NCBI GenBank assembly: GCA_043803745.1
Contig: JAZDJS010000021.1
Span: forward strand, 1-64,000
DNA from: an archaeon
GTDB lineage: Archaea; SpSt-1190; DYHY01
DNA: 64,000 nt
Direction of reading: 5' to 3'
The position numbers and the translations under genes are program-made. Within the stretch, counting starts at the first letter, position 1; each line of letters begins with the position of its first letter. This document shows, in pieces, positions 1 through 9,610 of this stretch. The notes below the pieces were generated by a model, which saw only the letters and a program-made list of their open reading frames with translations, did not search any database and had not been told where the DNA came from.

Positions 1-639
1 GAGCTTGCGATCAAGGCGCAGGCGATGCCGATTGCGGTTGCGTATGCGCTGAGGCAGGATTTGGGATATACGAGGAAGGACTTCCAGAAGATAATACGGC
101 GGGCTTCGGCTGCCGAACGGATTCCGGAAAAGCGGAAGGGAGAAAGCAGGAACGAGCGGGTTTACAGGGAGCTTTGCGAGGGCTGCCGAACGGATTGGCT
201 CCATTCCCCCCGCGCGCTGGAATATATGAAGGATAAGGGGCTTTCTGGGGAAGCTGCGGCGGCGGAATTCCTTGCCCGGCTCGGGATTGGCAAGTTCAAG
301 ACTGAAAACGAGCAGGACAAGAGCGGAAAAACCCCGGATTTCCTTTTTGAGAAGCTGGAAACGCTTCCAGGGGTGAACGGCGAGGTCAAGTGGTTCGAAA
401 GCAAGGCAACCTTCGGGACCCTTTCGGAAGTCAGGGAGGATTTCAAAACCCAGCTTTCATTCTACATCGGGATTTTCGGACCGGGCGCGATAATATACTG
501 GCTCGGGCTTACGAAGGAGGCTCGCGAGTTTCTCGCGAGGGAATCCGAGGGGAAGATAACCCCGTTCGAGGGCAGGGAGCTTGAAGGATTTGTCGGGGAA
601 AGCGTGAAGGCGATAAATTCGAAAGGGCTTGTCGGCTGA
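1..639 (+). CDS. C15orf41/CDIN1-like (TPD domain) PD-(D/E)xK nuclease family protein, probably 5'-truncated by the window edge
   Basis: Frame open from base 1; motifs KTPDFL...KWFESKATFG...QLSFY..IFGPGAIIYWLG. Confidence 0.75.
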   Translation, partial: ELAIKAQAMPIAVAYALRQDLGYTRKDFQKIIRRASAAERIPEKRKGESRNERVYRELCEGCRTDWLHSPRALEYMKDKGLSGEAAAAEFLARLGIGKFKTENEQDKSGKTPDFLFEKLETLPGVNGEVKWFESKATFGTLSEVREDFKTQLSFYIGIFGPGAIIYWLGLTKEAREFLARESEGKITPFEGRELEGFVGESVKAINSKGLVG

Positions 640-767
640 GAAAATCTGTTCAGTTCTCTTTTGGTCCCGAGGAGCTTTTTCAAGCGGAACCGAGCGAATG
701 CGAGGTCAAGCCCGGCTTGGCGTTGATCCTCTGACGAGGGCTCTTTCAAGAGAAGAAAGGGGCTCTG

Positions 768-807
768 TCAGAATCTGGCAAGGTTCTTCAGAATCTGGCA
801 AGGTTCT
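768..807. repeat. Two perfect 20-bp tandem repeats (TCAGAATCTGGCAAGGTTCT) abutting the ABC permease stop codon
   Basis: Units 768-787 and 788-807; resemble the gene end at 808-823. Confidence 0.9.
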
Positions 808-1584
808 TCAGAATCTTGCCAGGGACCCGTCCCTTCTTGCCCGCCTTATCGAGAAAATGAAGAGGATTATTGCGACTGACAGATAGAAGACAATCGGAAG
901 CGCAATCCCCGGGAGGGAGAATGAATAGTTCCCGGATGCGACAAGCTCCTTCATCTGCTGGAACGGGATGAAATAGGGGGACAACCGGGCAATCGGCTGG
1001 AAGACTGCTGGGAGGATTTCGGCGGGATAGTAGGGGCAGGAGAAGAGGACTATCAGGCTGTTGGCTGACCAGGCAATTGACTGGGCTTCCCTTCCTCCGA
1101 CAAGTATTATCGCGTCAATAATTATCGCGATTGCCGTTGCGAGGAGGAAAAGCTCGGCAACAACGAGGAGGTATTTTCCGGGGTTCGCCGCGAATACTGA
1201 ATAGTCGAAAAATAGGGCTGCGAGGAAAACCATTATTCCGACCTTGAGCGCGTTCCTCAGGAAGGATGCGATGAACTTTGAAACCAGGTATTCCCAAAGC
1301 CTGAGCGGGATGATCATAAGCTCCTTGAAGCAGTCGTTCCAGATATCCTCAAGAGTCAGGAGGTTGAATGTGCTCTGGAAGGAATAGGAAAGGTGCCAGA
1401 GGATGCTTGACGAGAAGAAAATGGCTGCTATCGGGGAGTTCCGGAATGTTATGAAGAAGAAGCCCCAGGTTACCAGGAGGACAATCGGGTCGTAGAAGAA
1501 TTCGATTTTCCGCGAGTTCGACCTGAAAAGTATCCGGAAGAACCTCCGGACTGTTGCGAAAATGCGCCTGACGGAGGGATTCAT
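808..1584 (-). CDS. ABC-2 type transporter permease
   Basis: 258 aa, about 6 hydrophobic segments, PLRLWEYLVSK and CPYYP motifs; directly downstream of an ABC ATPase. Confidence 0.85.
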   Translation of the reverse strand: MNPSVRRIFATVRRFFRILFRSNSRKIEFFYDPIVLLVTWGFFFITFRNSPIAAIFFSSSILWHLSYSFQSTFNLLTLEDIWNDCFKELMIIPLRLWEYLVSKFIASFLRNALKVGIMVFLAALFFDYSVFAANPGKYLLVVAELFLLATAIAIIIDAIILVGGREAQSIAWSANSLIVLFSCPYYPAEILPAVFQPIARLSPYFIPFQQMKELVASGNYSFSLPGIALPIVFYLSVAIILFIFSIRRARRDGSLARF

Positions 1585-2519
1585 TTCGTTTCCCCGTCCT
1601 CCCGTTTCCGGTTTTCCGGCTCCGCCGCATCCTCAGTCATCCTTATGAAATATTCCTCAAGCCCGGGCTTGACAACATCTATCTCGCCAATCTGGATTCC
1701 CGCTTCGGAAAGGGCTTTCAGGATTGCTCCGGCTTCCCTGCGGGGCGCCTGCTTCGAGACGATGTTCCCGGCAACTCGGAAGCCCAGTTTCAGGAGGCGG
1801 GCCTCCTTTTCAGGCGGGATTCCCCGACCCTCGACAAGGAAATTGAAAACCGGATTCGCGCCGAACTTTCTCCCCTTGAGCTCGGAAACGCTCCCTATTT
1901 CCGCGATTCTCCCGTCCGAGATGAAGGCAATCCTTCCGCAGAGCTCCTCGACCTCCTTCATGTAGTGGCTTGTCAGGAGTATTGTTATGCCCTCTCTTGA
2001 AAGGCCCCTTATGTTCTCCCGAACCTTCGCTGAAATGTCCGGGTCAAGCCCGAGGGTCGGCTCGTCAAGTATGAGGACCTTCGGCCTGTTGAGGAGCGCT
2101 TTTGCGAGGAGTACCCGCGCCTTCTGCCCGGTCGAGAGCCTGCCGAATTCGGTCTTCAGGAAGGGCCTTATCCCAAAAAGGTCGATTACCTCGTCAATCT
2201 TCCTCGGGCTTGAGAAAATCTGCGCATAGAACTTGAGTATGTTTTCCGGGGTTTCCCTCCGGTGGAAGGCGGAGTTTCCGGAAACAAAGTTTATCTCCTC
2301 GAAAAGGTCCCTTCCCGAGGCCCTGACATCCCTGCCGAAAATCAGGCAATCCCCGGAATCCGGAGAAACCAGGCCGCAGAGGCAGTTGACAATCGTGGTC
2401 TTGCCGGCGCCGTTCGGGCCGAGGATTCCGAAAATCTCGCCCCTGCCGACGGAGAAGCTTATCGAGTCAAGGACCCGCTTGCCGAAGAATTTCTTGGAAA
2501 GGTTCCTTACCTCGATTAC
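1581..2519 (-). CDS. ABC transporter ATP-binding protein (start codon non-canonical or uncertain)
   Basis: Hand translation upstream of the listed ORF is stop-free: VIEVRNLSK...GPNGAGKTT (Walker A), LSTGQ, LILDEPT (Walker B), TSHY. Confidence 0.85.
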   Translation of the reverse strand, partial: VIEVRNLSKKFFGKRVLDSISFSVGRGEIFGILGPNGAGKTTIVNCLCGLVSPDSGDCLIFGRDVRASGRDLFEEINFVSGNSAFHRRETPENILKFYAQIFSSPRKIDEVIDLFGIRPFLKTEFGRLSTGQKARVLLAKALLNRPKVLILDEPTLGLDPDISAKVRENIRGLSREGITILLTSHYMKEVEELCGRIAFISDGRIAEIGSVSELKGRKFGANPVFNFLVEGRGIPPEKEARLLKLGFRVAGNIVSKQAPRREAGAILKALSEAGIQIGEIDVVKPGLEEYFIRMTEDAAEPENRKREDGETK

Positions 2520-3784
2520 CGGCTTGTCGTCCGACCCCGTCCGAAGCTCCCTCCTCTCCTATTGCTTTGCGGGCCGCGCCGTCCTCCGAAGCGCCCACCG
2601 GGCCTTTGACGATGCTGGAATTCGAGCCGGAAATTCTCCCCGGGAAGGAGCGGAATCTCCAGCTTCTCTATCTTTCCACCCATCAGATCCATCAGTTTCC
2701 TGAACGTCAAGTGGTTGTCGTGGACAACGAAGGTTATTGCGCGCCCCTCCTTCCCGGCGCGAGCGGTGCGTCCGATCCTGTGGATGTATGTGTCGAGGTC
2801 GTCCGGGAAATCGTAGTTGACGACCGTCGAAACCCCGTCAATATCCAAACCCCGCGCCGCAACATCGGTTGCAACCATGACCTGCAGATTCCCCTCCTTG
2901 AAAAGCTGCATCGTCCGCTCCCTTTGGGCCTGGGTGAGATTGCCGTGTATGCTTTCCGCCGGGATGCCGTGCTTCTTGAGGAAAGTCCCGACCGCCTGCG
3001 TCTTTTCCCTAGTCCTGCAGAAAACCAGCGTCGTCTCGGGGGTTTTGGAAAGAAGCTTGAAGATCTGCCCGGGCTTGTTCCCTTCCGCGGAATCGACATA
3101 GAACTGGGAAACCCCTTCCGCAGTCGGCGCGCCCCCGACTGAAACGTCAATCGGATTGTTCAGGAACCTTTCGGCAAGATAGCGTATTTTGTCGGGAATT
3201 GTCGCTGAGAAGAACATCGTCTGCCTTTCGCGCGGGACCCGGGAAACTATCTGCTCAATGTCCTCTATGAATCCCATGTCGAGCATCCGGTCGACCTCGT
3301 CAAGGACGAGGACCTTCACGTTCGAGAGATTTATCGTCCCCCGGGAAATATGGTCAAGGAGGCGTCCCGGGGTTCCGACGACAATTGAAGCGCGTCGAAG
3401 CTTGTCAATTTGGGGCTCGATTGAAACCCCGCCATATGCCGCAACAGTCTGGGGGGGCTCCGTCGAATAGCTTGAGATTTCGTCGGCAACCTGGACTGCG
3501 AGTTCCCTTGTCGGGACTATTATCAATGCGAAAATCCCGCGGGAGCCTGCGGGAAGCCTGTTGAGTATCGAAAGCCCGAAGACCGCCGTCTTCCCCGTTC
3601 CGGTCTGCGCCTTTGCAACCAAATCCCGCCCGGCAAGCGCGGGAGGAAGCCCTTTCGCCTGTATCGGGAAAGTGTCCTCGAATTCGAGGGCGCGCAGCGC
3701 CTGGAGTATTTCCGGTTTGAGGGACAGCTCAGAGAATTTCGATATTTCCTTCAATTCTGACATTGAAAATGCCTGCGCGGGCAC
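2516..3784 (-). CDS. DEAD-box RNA helicase (start may be ATG at 3763)
   Basis: AQTGTGKT, PTRELA, TPGR, DEVD, SAT, ARGLD, HRIGRTAR; RGG-rich tail. Confidence 0.95.
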   Translation of the reverse strand: MPAQAFSMSELKEISKFSELSLKPEILQALRALEFEDTFPIQAKGLPPALAGRDLVAKAQTGTGKTAVFGLSILNRLPAGSRGIFALIIVPTRELAVQVADEISSYSTEPPQTVAAYGGVSIEPQIDKLRRASIVVGTPGRLLDHISRGTINLSNVKVLVLDEVDRMLDMGFIEDIEQIVSRVPRERQTMFFSATIPDKIRYLAERFLNNPIDVSVGGAPTAEGVSQFYVDSAEGNKPGQIFKLLSKTPETTLVFCRTREKTQAVGTFLKKHGIPAESIHGNLTQAQRERTMQLFKEGNLQVMVATDVAARGLDIDGVSTVVNYDFPDDLDTYIHRIGRTARAGKEGRAITFVVHDNHLTFRKLMDLMGGKIEKLEIPLLPGENFRLEFQHRQRPGGRFGGRRGPQSNRRGGSFGRGRTTSR

Positions 3785-3789
3785 CGTTT

Positions 3790-4059
3790 TTATTTCTGCG
3801 CTTTATTCGCTTTTTTGCCCCTTTTCCTGGGAAGGGTCATTACATATGATTTGCGCGCCGATTCAACCGCGTCGTTCAGGATCGGTATCAGGGTTTCGTC
3901 GTCCATCCCTTGGATCTTCTTTTCAGCATCCGGACCGAGCGAGCTCGCAAGAACGGCCTCGATTTCGGAGATGAAGCGCGCCTTTTCAAGCCCCTTGAAC
4001 TTTTTCGAGAGAACAAAGAACGCAACTTCTATTTTCCTTCCCATCCTTTCGTCGTTCAT
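3790..4059 (-). CDS. hypothetical protein
   Basis: 89 aa ATG ORF tightly packed between co-oriented genes. Confidence 0.6.
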   Translation of the reverse strand: MNDERMGRKIEVAFFVLSKKFKGLEKARFISEIEAVLASSLGPDAEKKIQGMDDETLIPILNDAVESARKSYVMTLPRKRGKKANKAQK

Positions 4060-4068
4060 TTCAGCGAA

Positions 4069-4740
4069 TCACTCTATCACGTGCGGCCCGAGGAGAATTA
4101 TCCTCTGGTTTATGTTCCTCACCGAGATTTCAAGGCTCGCAGCCCGCAGCTCGATTGTCTGAAGCCGCCTGAGGATTTCCGAGGAATCGACCGACTGGGA
4201 AAGCTTCCGCTCAAGCTCAGTGACCCTTCCAAGAAGCGCCCCGCCCGAATAGGCCGCGTCCGCACGTCCGGAAATCTCAGTAATCAGATTCTCCATTGCA
4301 TCGCTTGCGCTGTCTATTGCTCGGACCTTCCGCTCAAGGTCCGCCAGGTGGGTCTCCATCTCCGCGGAGCCGGCGAAACCTGGCCTGCGCTCAAGGGTGA
4401 GAAAACGCTCGTTGATTTCATTCTCCCACTTGTTAAGCTCGTTCCGCAGAAGCGCTGTGCTTTCGGAAAGCTCGGATTGCTTGTTCCTCATCTCGCTGAC
4501 CGAATTCGCAACGGAAGTATCCCGCGTGGAATATTGGGACAGGAGAGCTGTCGGGCTTTTCACCGTTTCCTCAATCGAGGAAAGCCTCCGGGTAAGCTCG
4601 GCGAACTTCTCCTCGGAATCCCGCAGGAAATCCTCGACAAGGTTCGACTGCTCATATACCGCTGAGAACAGCTCCCGTATCTGCCCCGGGTCCGCCGTCG
4701 CCGCAGGAAGGGGCTTGACTTGGAATTTTTCAGTAGGCAT
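4069..4740 (-). CDS. coiled-coil hypothetical protein
   Basis: ATG at 4740 (MPTEKF) avoids overlap with the GIY-YIG gene; heptad-like E/L/R/S-rich sequence. Confidence 0.65.
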   Translation of the reverse strand: MPTEKFQVKPLPAATADPGQIRELFSAVYEQSNLVEDFLRDSEEKFAELTRRLSSIEETVKSPTALLSQYSTRDTSVANSVSEMRNKQSELSESTALLRNELNKWENEINERFLTLERRPGFAGSAEMETHLADLERKVRAIDSASDAMENLITEISGRADAAYSGGALLGRVTELERKLSQSVDSSEILRRLQTIELRAASLEISVRNINQRIILLGPHVIE

Positions 4741-4794
4741 TTCTGCTAGAGGGGGCCGCTCTTTAAAAAACCTGCCCGTCTCCACCCTGGGAAA

Positions 4795-5091
4795 GTGGCA
4801 GAATTCTTTGTATATGTCCTGAGATGCGCGGACGGGACGCTTTACGTCGGTTCGACGGACAACATCGAGAGGCGGGTCGTTGAGCACCAGCTTGGCAAGG
4901 GCGCGAAATACACCCGGGGCAGGGCGCCCGTGAGGGTCGTTTATCTCGAGACTTTCCCGAGCCGCTCCGAGGCAATGAGGCGAGAGAAGGCGGTTAAGAA
5001 GCTAGGGAAGGCCGGGAAGGAGAAACTGGTTGAGAGATTTGGATTGGAGGGGAAGACCGGGCCGCGGCGAGGTCCGGAGCAAGTCGGCTGA
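4795..5091 (+). CDS. GIY-YIG nuclease family protein (UPF0213-like)
   Basis: FVYVLRCADGTLYVGST...RRVVEH...GAKYTRGR.P...A.RRE. Confidence 0.92.
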   Translation: MAEFFVYVLRCADGTLYVGSTDNIERRVVEHQLGKGAKYTRGRAPVRVVYLETFPSRSEAMRREKAVKKLGKAGKEKLVERFGLEGKTGPRRGPEQVG

Positions 5092-5177
5092 TCCGGTGAC
5101 GGAAGAAGCTTGTGGCCGGGTTCGGAAAATCAGGCAGAGGGAGGCCAAGCTGAGAATCCTCTGCTTTTGAAGCTTAC

Positions 5178-6461
5178 TCAGGAAACGAGCCCGAAAAACG
5201 AGAAAAGCCCGGGGAAGAACATCGAAGCAATCATGAGGACAGTCAGGACCATCAGAACAATCGAGGTTGTCCAGGCAATTAGGTTGAAGATGGGTCCGTT
5301 GACGTGCTTGCCCATCAGTTCCCTGTTGTTGATTAGGGAAAGCATGAAAATCAGTATGAACGGAAGGAGAATCCCGTTCAGGACCTGGGAGAAGAACATT
5401 ATCTCCAGAAGGGGCGCCCTCGGAATGAGGACTACCGCGACCCCGAAAAGGAGCGTTATCGTGAAGAGTGTGTAGAAGGCCGGGGCATCCTTGAGCTTCT
5501 TGTTTATTCCCGCTTCCCAGCCGAACCCTTCGCAAACGTGGTATGCGGTTGTCAGGGGAATCACCGCCGCCCCGAGAAGGGATGCGTTCAGAAGACCGAA
5601 TGAAAAAAGGATTGCCGCATAATTTCCGTCAAGCGGCGCGAGCGCCCGGGCGGCATCCCCGGCGCTTTCAACCGGGATTCCGGCGGCGAAAAGGGTTGCG
5701 GCGGTTGCGACAATTATGAAGAAGCTTATGACATCGGTCATTATGCAGCCGACGATCACGTCAAGACGGGAATATTTGTAGTCCTTCAGCTTTATCCCCT
5801 TTTCAACGATTGAGGACTGGAGATAGAACTGCATCCACGGGGTTATGTTGGTCCCGATGAGGGCTATCAGCACAGTGAGGTACGGGGTCGAGAACTGTAT
5901 CGAGGGTGTGACGAGGCTTTTCAGCGCAACGCCCCAGTTCATTCCGGGGACGAGGAAAGCCGAAATGACGTAGGAGAAATAGAAAAGGATTGAGAAAAGG
6001 AAAATCTTCTCGACAATCTTGTAGTTGCCCTTCACGACGAGGACCCAGACGAGCGCCGCCGCAAGGGGCACTGCAAGGTATTTGCTGAAGCCGAGAATCT
6101 CCCCGGCTGCCGCGACCCCCGCGAATTCCGCTGCCGAAGTCCCTGCGTTGGCAAGGAGGAGGGCGCCCATTACGAAGAATATTGTCTTGACCCCGTATTT
6201 TTCCCGTATGAGGTCGGCGAGGCCCTTGCCGGTCACCACGCCCATCCTTGCCGACATTTCCTGGATTACGACAAGGGAGACCGTTATCGGCACCAGCGCC
6301 CAGAGGAGGGCATATCCGAACTGTGAGCCCGCAATCGAGAAGGTTGCGATTCCCCCGGCATCGTTGTCAACGTTTGCCGTAATCAGGCCGGGCCCGACTA
6401 TCGCGAGGAAAACCGCGAGCATTTTCAGCCTTTGGGAAATCGAGACCTTGATCCCCATCAA
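5178..6461 (-). CDS. NRAMP-family divalent metal transporter
   Basis: GPGLITANVDNDAGGIAT, QEMSARMG..TGKGL, GTNITPW; about 11 TM segments. Confidence 0.9.
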   Translation of the reverse strand: MMGIKVSISQRLKMLAVFLAIVGPGLITANVDNDAGGIATFSIAGSQFGYALLWALVPITVSLVVIQEMSARMGVVTGKGLADLIREKYGVKTIFFVMGALLLANAGTSAAEFAGVAAAGEILGFSKYLAVPLAAALVWVLVVKGNYKIVEKIFLFSILFYFSYVISAFLVPGMNWGVALKSLVTPSIQFSTPYLTVLIALIGTNITPWMQFYLQSSIVEKGIKLKDYKYSRLDVIVGCIMTDVISFFIIVATAATLFAAGIPVESAGDAARALAPLDGNYAAILFSFGLLNASLLGAAVIPLTTAYHVCEGFGWEAGINKKLKDAPAFYTLFTITLLFGVAVVLIPRAPLLEIMFFSQVLNGILLPFILIFMLSLINNRELMGKHVNGPIFNLIAWTTSIVLMVLTVLMIASMFFPGLFSFFGLVS

Positions 6462-7705
6462 ATCCGCTCCCGCTCAACCAAAAAGTGCGGAAGGTTTCCG
6501 CTGACCCGCGGCGGAAGTATTGCGGAAATTGCGTCGTCTGCCGTGACAACTCCCCTGAGCTTGCCCCTTGAATCGACGACCGCTATTGTCACGAAATCGT
6601 ATTTCGCCATGAGCTTCGCAGCCTTCGACTTGTTCGCGTGCAGGTTCACCTTCACCGCGCGCGTCCTTGAGACTATTTCGGAAAGCCTGCTGCTCTTCCT
6701 TGAAAGGACCAGCCGCCTTATCGAAACCGCCCCCTTCGGCCTGCCTTCCTTGTCGACCAGGTAGATTATGTTGAAGACCTTTGCATCCGGCCTTGCCCTC
6801 ATCCGGGAGATTGCCTCCCTGACCGTTATCTCCGGGGGAAAGCTGAAGAAGTCGGTTGTCATTATGCTCCCGACGGAACGGTTGCTGTACTTCAGGAGCT
6901 CGGAAATCCTGGCGGAAAGGTCTTCCGGCATAAGCGAAAGGATTATCTTCGCCTTTTCCGGGGCAACAATCGAGAGGATGTCCGCAGATTCGTCCGGAGG
7001 AAGCTCCTTGAGGAGTTCGACTGCGCGCTCATCGTCAAGGCGCTCGAAGAAGGAGACCTTTGAGCTTGCGTCCATCTTGGCAATGGTGTCCGCGAACTTC
7101 TCCCTGTCAAGCCCATTCATCAGGATTTCCCGCTCATACGTCGAAAGCTCCGTCACGACGGATGCAATGTCGGCGGGGTGCAGGTCCTCAAACTTCCTTT
7201 TCGGGATCTTTATTTTTATCTGCCGAAGGGTCGGCTGGAGGGGCTCCGCATATCCCCAAGGCAGGAGACGCTCCTTTATTGAAAAAAGGTTCGCAAGCTT
7301 CTCAACCCCGAGGCGGCGCAGCAACCCCCGTGTCCCGACATCGATGCTGACAACGCAAAGCTTGCCGCCGACCTCGGAAAGGACAATGTCGTTCACACGC
7401 ACAACCTTCAGGCCGTCGGTATCGACAATCTGCTGGTCGAGGAGCGACTTGGAAAGGAGGATGTCCTTCCGCGAGACCTGCTCAAGCCTCAGCAGGGTCC
7501 CCTTTACCGAAAGGGTTATCTTCTTGTCGACCCTGTTTACGAAGCTCCAGGGAAACTTCCTCCCGTTGATCACGATGTGGGAAACTTCCGGGAACTTCTC
7601 CCCTATCGGGGAGATGACGAGCTCCCTTATCCGCCCGATCTTTTCGCCGTTGATGTCAACAATCTCCCTACCGAGAATCTCGCTGAGGTAGAAAAAGCTG
7701 ACCAT
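6458..7705 (-). CDS. PRC-barrel / MgtE N-terminal / CBS-pair protein (cytosolic MgtE-like partner)
   Basis: LLDQQIVDTDG.KVVRVND, LHPADIA, GSIMTTDF, CBS repeats, no TM; overlaps the NRAMP gene by 4 nt. Confidence 0.85.
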   Translation of the reverse strand: MVSFFYLSEILGREIVDINGEKIGRIRELVISPIGEKFPEVSHIVINGRKFPWSFVNRVDKKITLSVKGTLLRLEQVSRKDILLSKSLLDQQIVDTDGLKVVRVNDIVLSEVGGKLCVVSIDVGTRGLLRRLGVEKLANLFSIKERLLPWGYAEPLQPTLRQIKIKIPKRKFEDLHPADIASVVTELSTYEREILMNGLDREKFADTIAKMDASSKVSFFERLDDERAVELLKELPPDESADILSIVAPEKAKIILSLMPEDLSARISELLKYSNRSVGSIMTTDFFSFPPEITVREAISRMRARPDAKVFNIIYLVDKEGRPKGAVSIRRLVLSRKSSRLSEIVSRTRAVKVNLHANKSKAAKLMAKYDFVTIAVVDSRGKLRGVVTADDAISAILPPRVSGNLPHFLVERERI

Positions 7706-7762
7706 CCCGGGCTGAAGAGTCTTCCCGGGTATAAAGTGCTTTCGGGAGGGGATTTTTCCAGC

Positions 7763-8158
7763 CTATTTTCCCGGGACAACCGTCGTATTGTTGCAGGCAA
7801 TTGTATCGGCGACGCCCCTGTAGATGCAGAAGCCTCCGGAGGGCCCGTTGCAGTTCCCGTAAAGGAAGAAATTGTAGATTCCCTGCAGGGAAAAGAAGAG
7901 GCTCGCAAAGGTGGCGATAACGAGCAGCCAGGAAAGGAGCTCGAAATTCCTGTTTATGAAGCGCGCAAGCGCCGGATTCTTCGGAAGAACCTTCGAAACT
8001 ATCTTCGCCTTTATCCTCTCGTCAAGCCTGCTTGTGCAGGGTCGGAAAGTCACGCGCCGAAGCACGCAATCGAACGCCTCGCCCGCGAGGTTCCGGTATT
8101 TCAGGGAAAATATCCCCAGGACCGCGAAGACCCCGAGCGCAATGAAACAGATGACCAT
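7763..8158 (-). CDS. Cys-containing small membrane protein
   Basis: Two hydrophobic segments; EAFDCV.RR.TFRPC and YGNCNG...FC motifs. Confidence 0.7.
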   Translation of the reverse strand: MVICFIALGVFAVLGIFSLKYRNLAGEAFDCVLRRVTFRPCTSRLDERIKAKIVSKVLPKNPALARFINRNFELLSWLLVIATFASLFFSLQGIYNFFLYGNCNGPSGGFCIYRGVADTIACNNTTVVPGK

Positions 8159-8167
8159 TCCGGAAAA

Positions 8168-9283
8168 CTATCCCCCTGCTGGCACGACAACCTTACCGGT
8201 TGACAGGTCCTTGTAGGTCCCGAGAGCTCCGGGGTTCCTGAACACCATTGTCCCGTCCTCTTCGACCGTCCCGACCTGCTGCCAGACCTTTACAAGGGAG
8301 GAATAAATCCCCGGCTCTCCTGTAAGGATGAACGCCGGAGCATTCGTCATGTTGTATTTAGCGAGAATCGCCTTGCCCTGGGAGGATGAAACGTCCAGAT
8401 AGGTCTTGTTTGCGGGAACAACCCCGTAGTTGGCAAGGACAAGGAGGTTGTATGTCACGTCCGAGCAGGTTGTGCAGGAGGAGTCGTTGAGGAAGGTTAT
8501 TCCGACAATTCCGCGCGTCCGGTTCTGGGAAAGATCGTAATAAAGCGGCGTCTTCCTCTCGTAAACATAGCTTTCCCCTGAAATCCTTGCGGAAACCTGG
8601 GAAAGAATTTCCCTGTATTCGGAGGCTTCCGAGGAAAGGACAACTGCGGGTAGCGAACGTATGGAATGGCTTGAGATCGCTTCAGCGCCTTCGGCTGATG
8701 TTGAATTGACTGCCTTGCTTGAGGCAAAGTACATTCCCGAATATGCGAGGTTCGACAGCATTGCTTCCGGGCTCTGGCAGGCCTGGCAGGAAGGCTCGCC
8801 AATTGCAACCGCTTTCACAAGCCCCTTTACCGAAGAGGATCCCGTGTCGAAATAGGGCGCATACGGCGTTTCAAGGACCAGGTAGTTCCCGACCCTGCGG
8901 AAACCGAGGCTTGAAAGGAGCTTGGAAAGGGAGGTTGTCTTGTTCGTTTCGCCGGAAATTATCACGGCAGGCAGGCGCGAAACCTGGGGAAACCCGGAAG
9001 CCTGCGCCGAGCCAAGGTAAACCTGGCTTGTCTTAGTGAAATTCACCCGCTCGTCCCTTATCGAATCAACATACTCCCCTATTTCCGCGCATTCGCTGCA
9101 GCCAGAGGAAAGCAGGGTTGTCATTTCCAGCTTCGCAGGTCTGGTCTCCTCGACAAGCGCGGCAATCCGCCCGTCAAGAACGGATGCCGAGTAAACGAGG
9201 AGGGTTGTGTTCACTATCGCGAACAGGGCAAGGAGGGCGAGAAAGGCGAAGATGATGTTTTTCAAGTGCTTATTGCCCGCCAT
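8168..9283 (-). CDS. Membrane-anchored protein with three CxxC (thioredoxin-like) modules
   Basis: ATG 9283; N-terminal TM; CSEC, CQAC and CTTC, each followed by an LPA/APA cis-Pro-like motif. Confidence 0.75.
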   Translation of the reverse strand: MAGNKHLKNIIFAFLALLALFAIVNTTLLVYSASVLDGRIAALVEETRPAKLEMTTLLSSGCSECAEIGEYVDSIRDERVNFTKTSQVYLGSAQASGFPQVSRLPAVIISGETNKTTSLSKLLSSLGFRRVGNYLVLETPYAPYFDTGSSSVKGLVKAVAIGEPSCQACQSPEAMLSNLAYSGMYFASSKAVNSTSAEGAEAISSHSIRSLPAVVLSSEASEYREILSQVSARISGESYVYERKTPLYYDLSQNRTRGIVGITFLNDSSCTTCSDVTYNLLVLANYGVVPANKTYLDVSSSQGKAILAKYNMTNAPAFILTGEPGIYSSLVKVWQQVGTVEEDGTMVFRNPGALGTYKDLSTGKVVVPAGG

Positions 9284-9284
9284 T

Positions 9285-9503
9285 TCAGCCGCAGCCTCCT
9301 CCTGAAAGGGGCGCCCCGCTTGAAGCCGGTGCGGAATAGGGGGAAGAGGATTTTCTTTCGGCAAGGGCGCCGTTGGGCGTGAGCGTAATTGAGCCCGTGC
9401 CTGCGCGCGACACAAGGTCGACGAGTTGGACCGTCTGAACCGCCGACACTATTATGAGCAATCCGAGGAGGACCGCAACAACGAGTTCGCCGCTTACTTT
9501 CAT
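9285..9503 (-). CDS. small membrane-anchored protein ending in GGGCG
   Basis: 72 aa; N-terminal TM, S/P/A linker, one C-terminal Cys; TATA-like box about 25 nt upstream. Confidence 0.7.
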   Translation of the reverse strand: MKVSGELVVAVLLGLLIIVSAVQTVQLVDLVSRAGTGSITLTPNGALAERKSSSPYSAPASSGAPLSGGGCG

Positions 9504-9610
9504 GGGCGCCTGCCCCCGAACTCTGCTTAAATAGTTTTTGCAGGGAGTTTGAACAGGTCACAAGAGTATACCTTTCCGGGACGGGGCGCCCTGAACAGTT
9601 CCCCGAAGGA

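Noticed and set aside
768-830. Diversity-generating retroelement TR/VR pair
   Set aside because: The repeat is only 20 bp, the differences are not adenine-specific and no reverse transcriptase is present.
6768-7691. Long antisense ORFs (e.g. 6768-7691, 43550-44290, 58215-59084)
   Set aside because: They shadow well-supported genes on the opposite strand and have no motifs; expected at this GC content.
9285-9300. Selenocysteine or stop-codon recoding at GGCG-TGA, or an alternative genetic code
   Set aside because: The next gene starts 1 nt after this TGA, and conserved genes in the window end normally at TAA, TAG and TGA.
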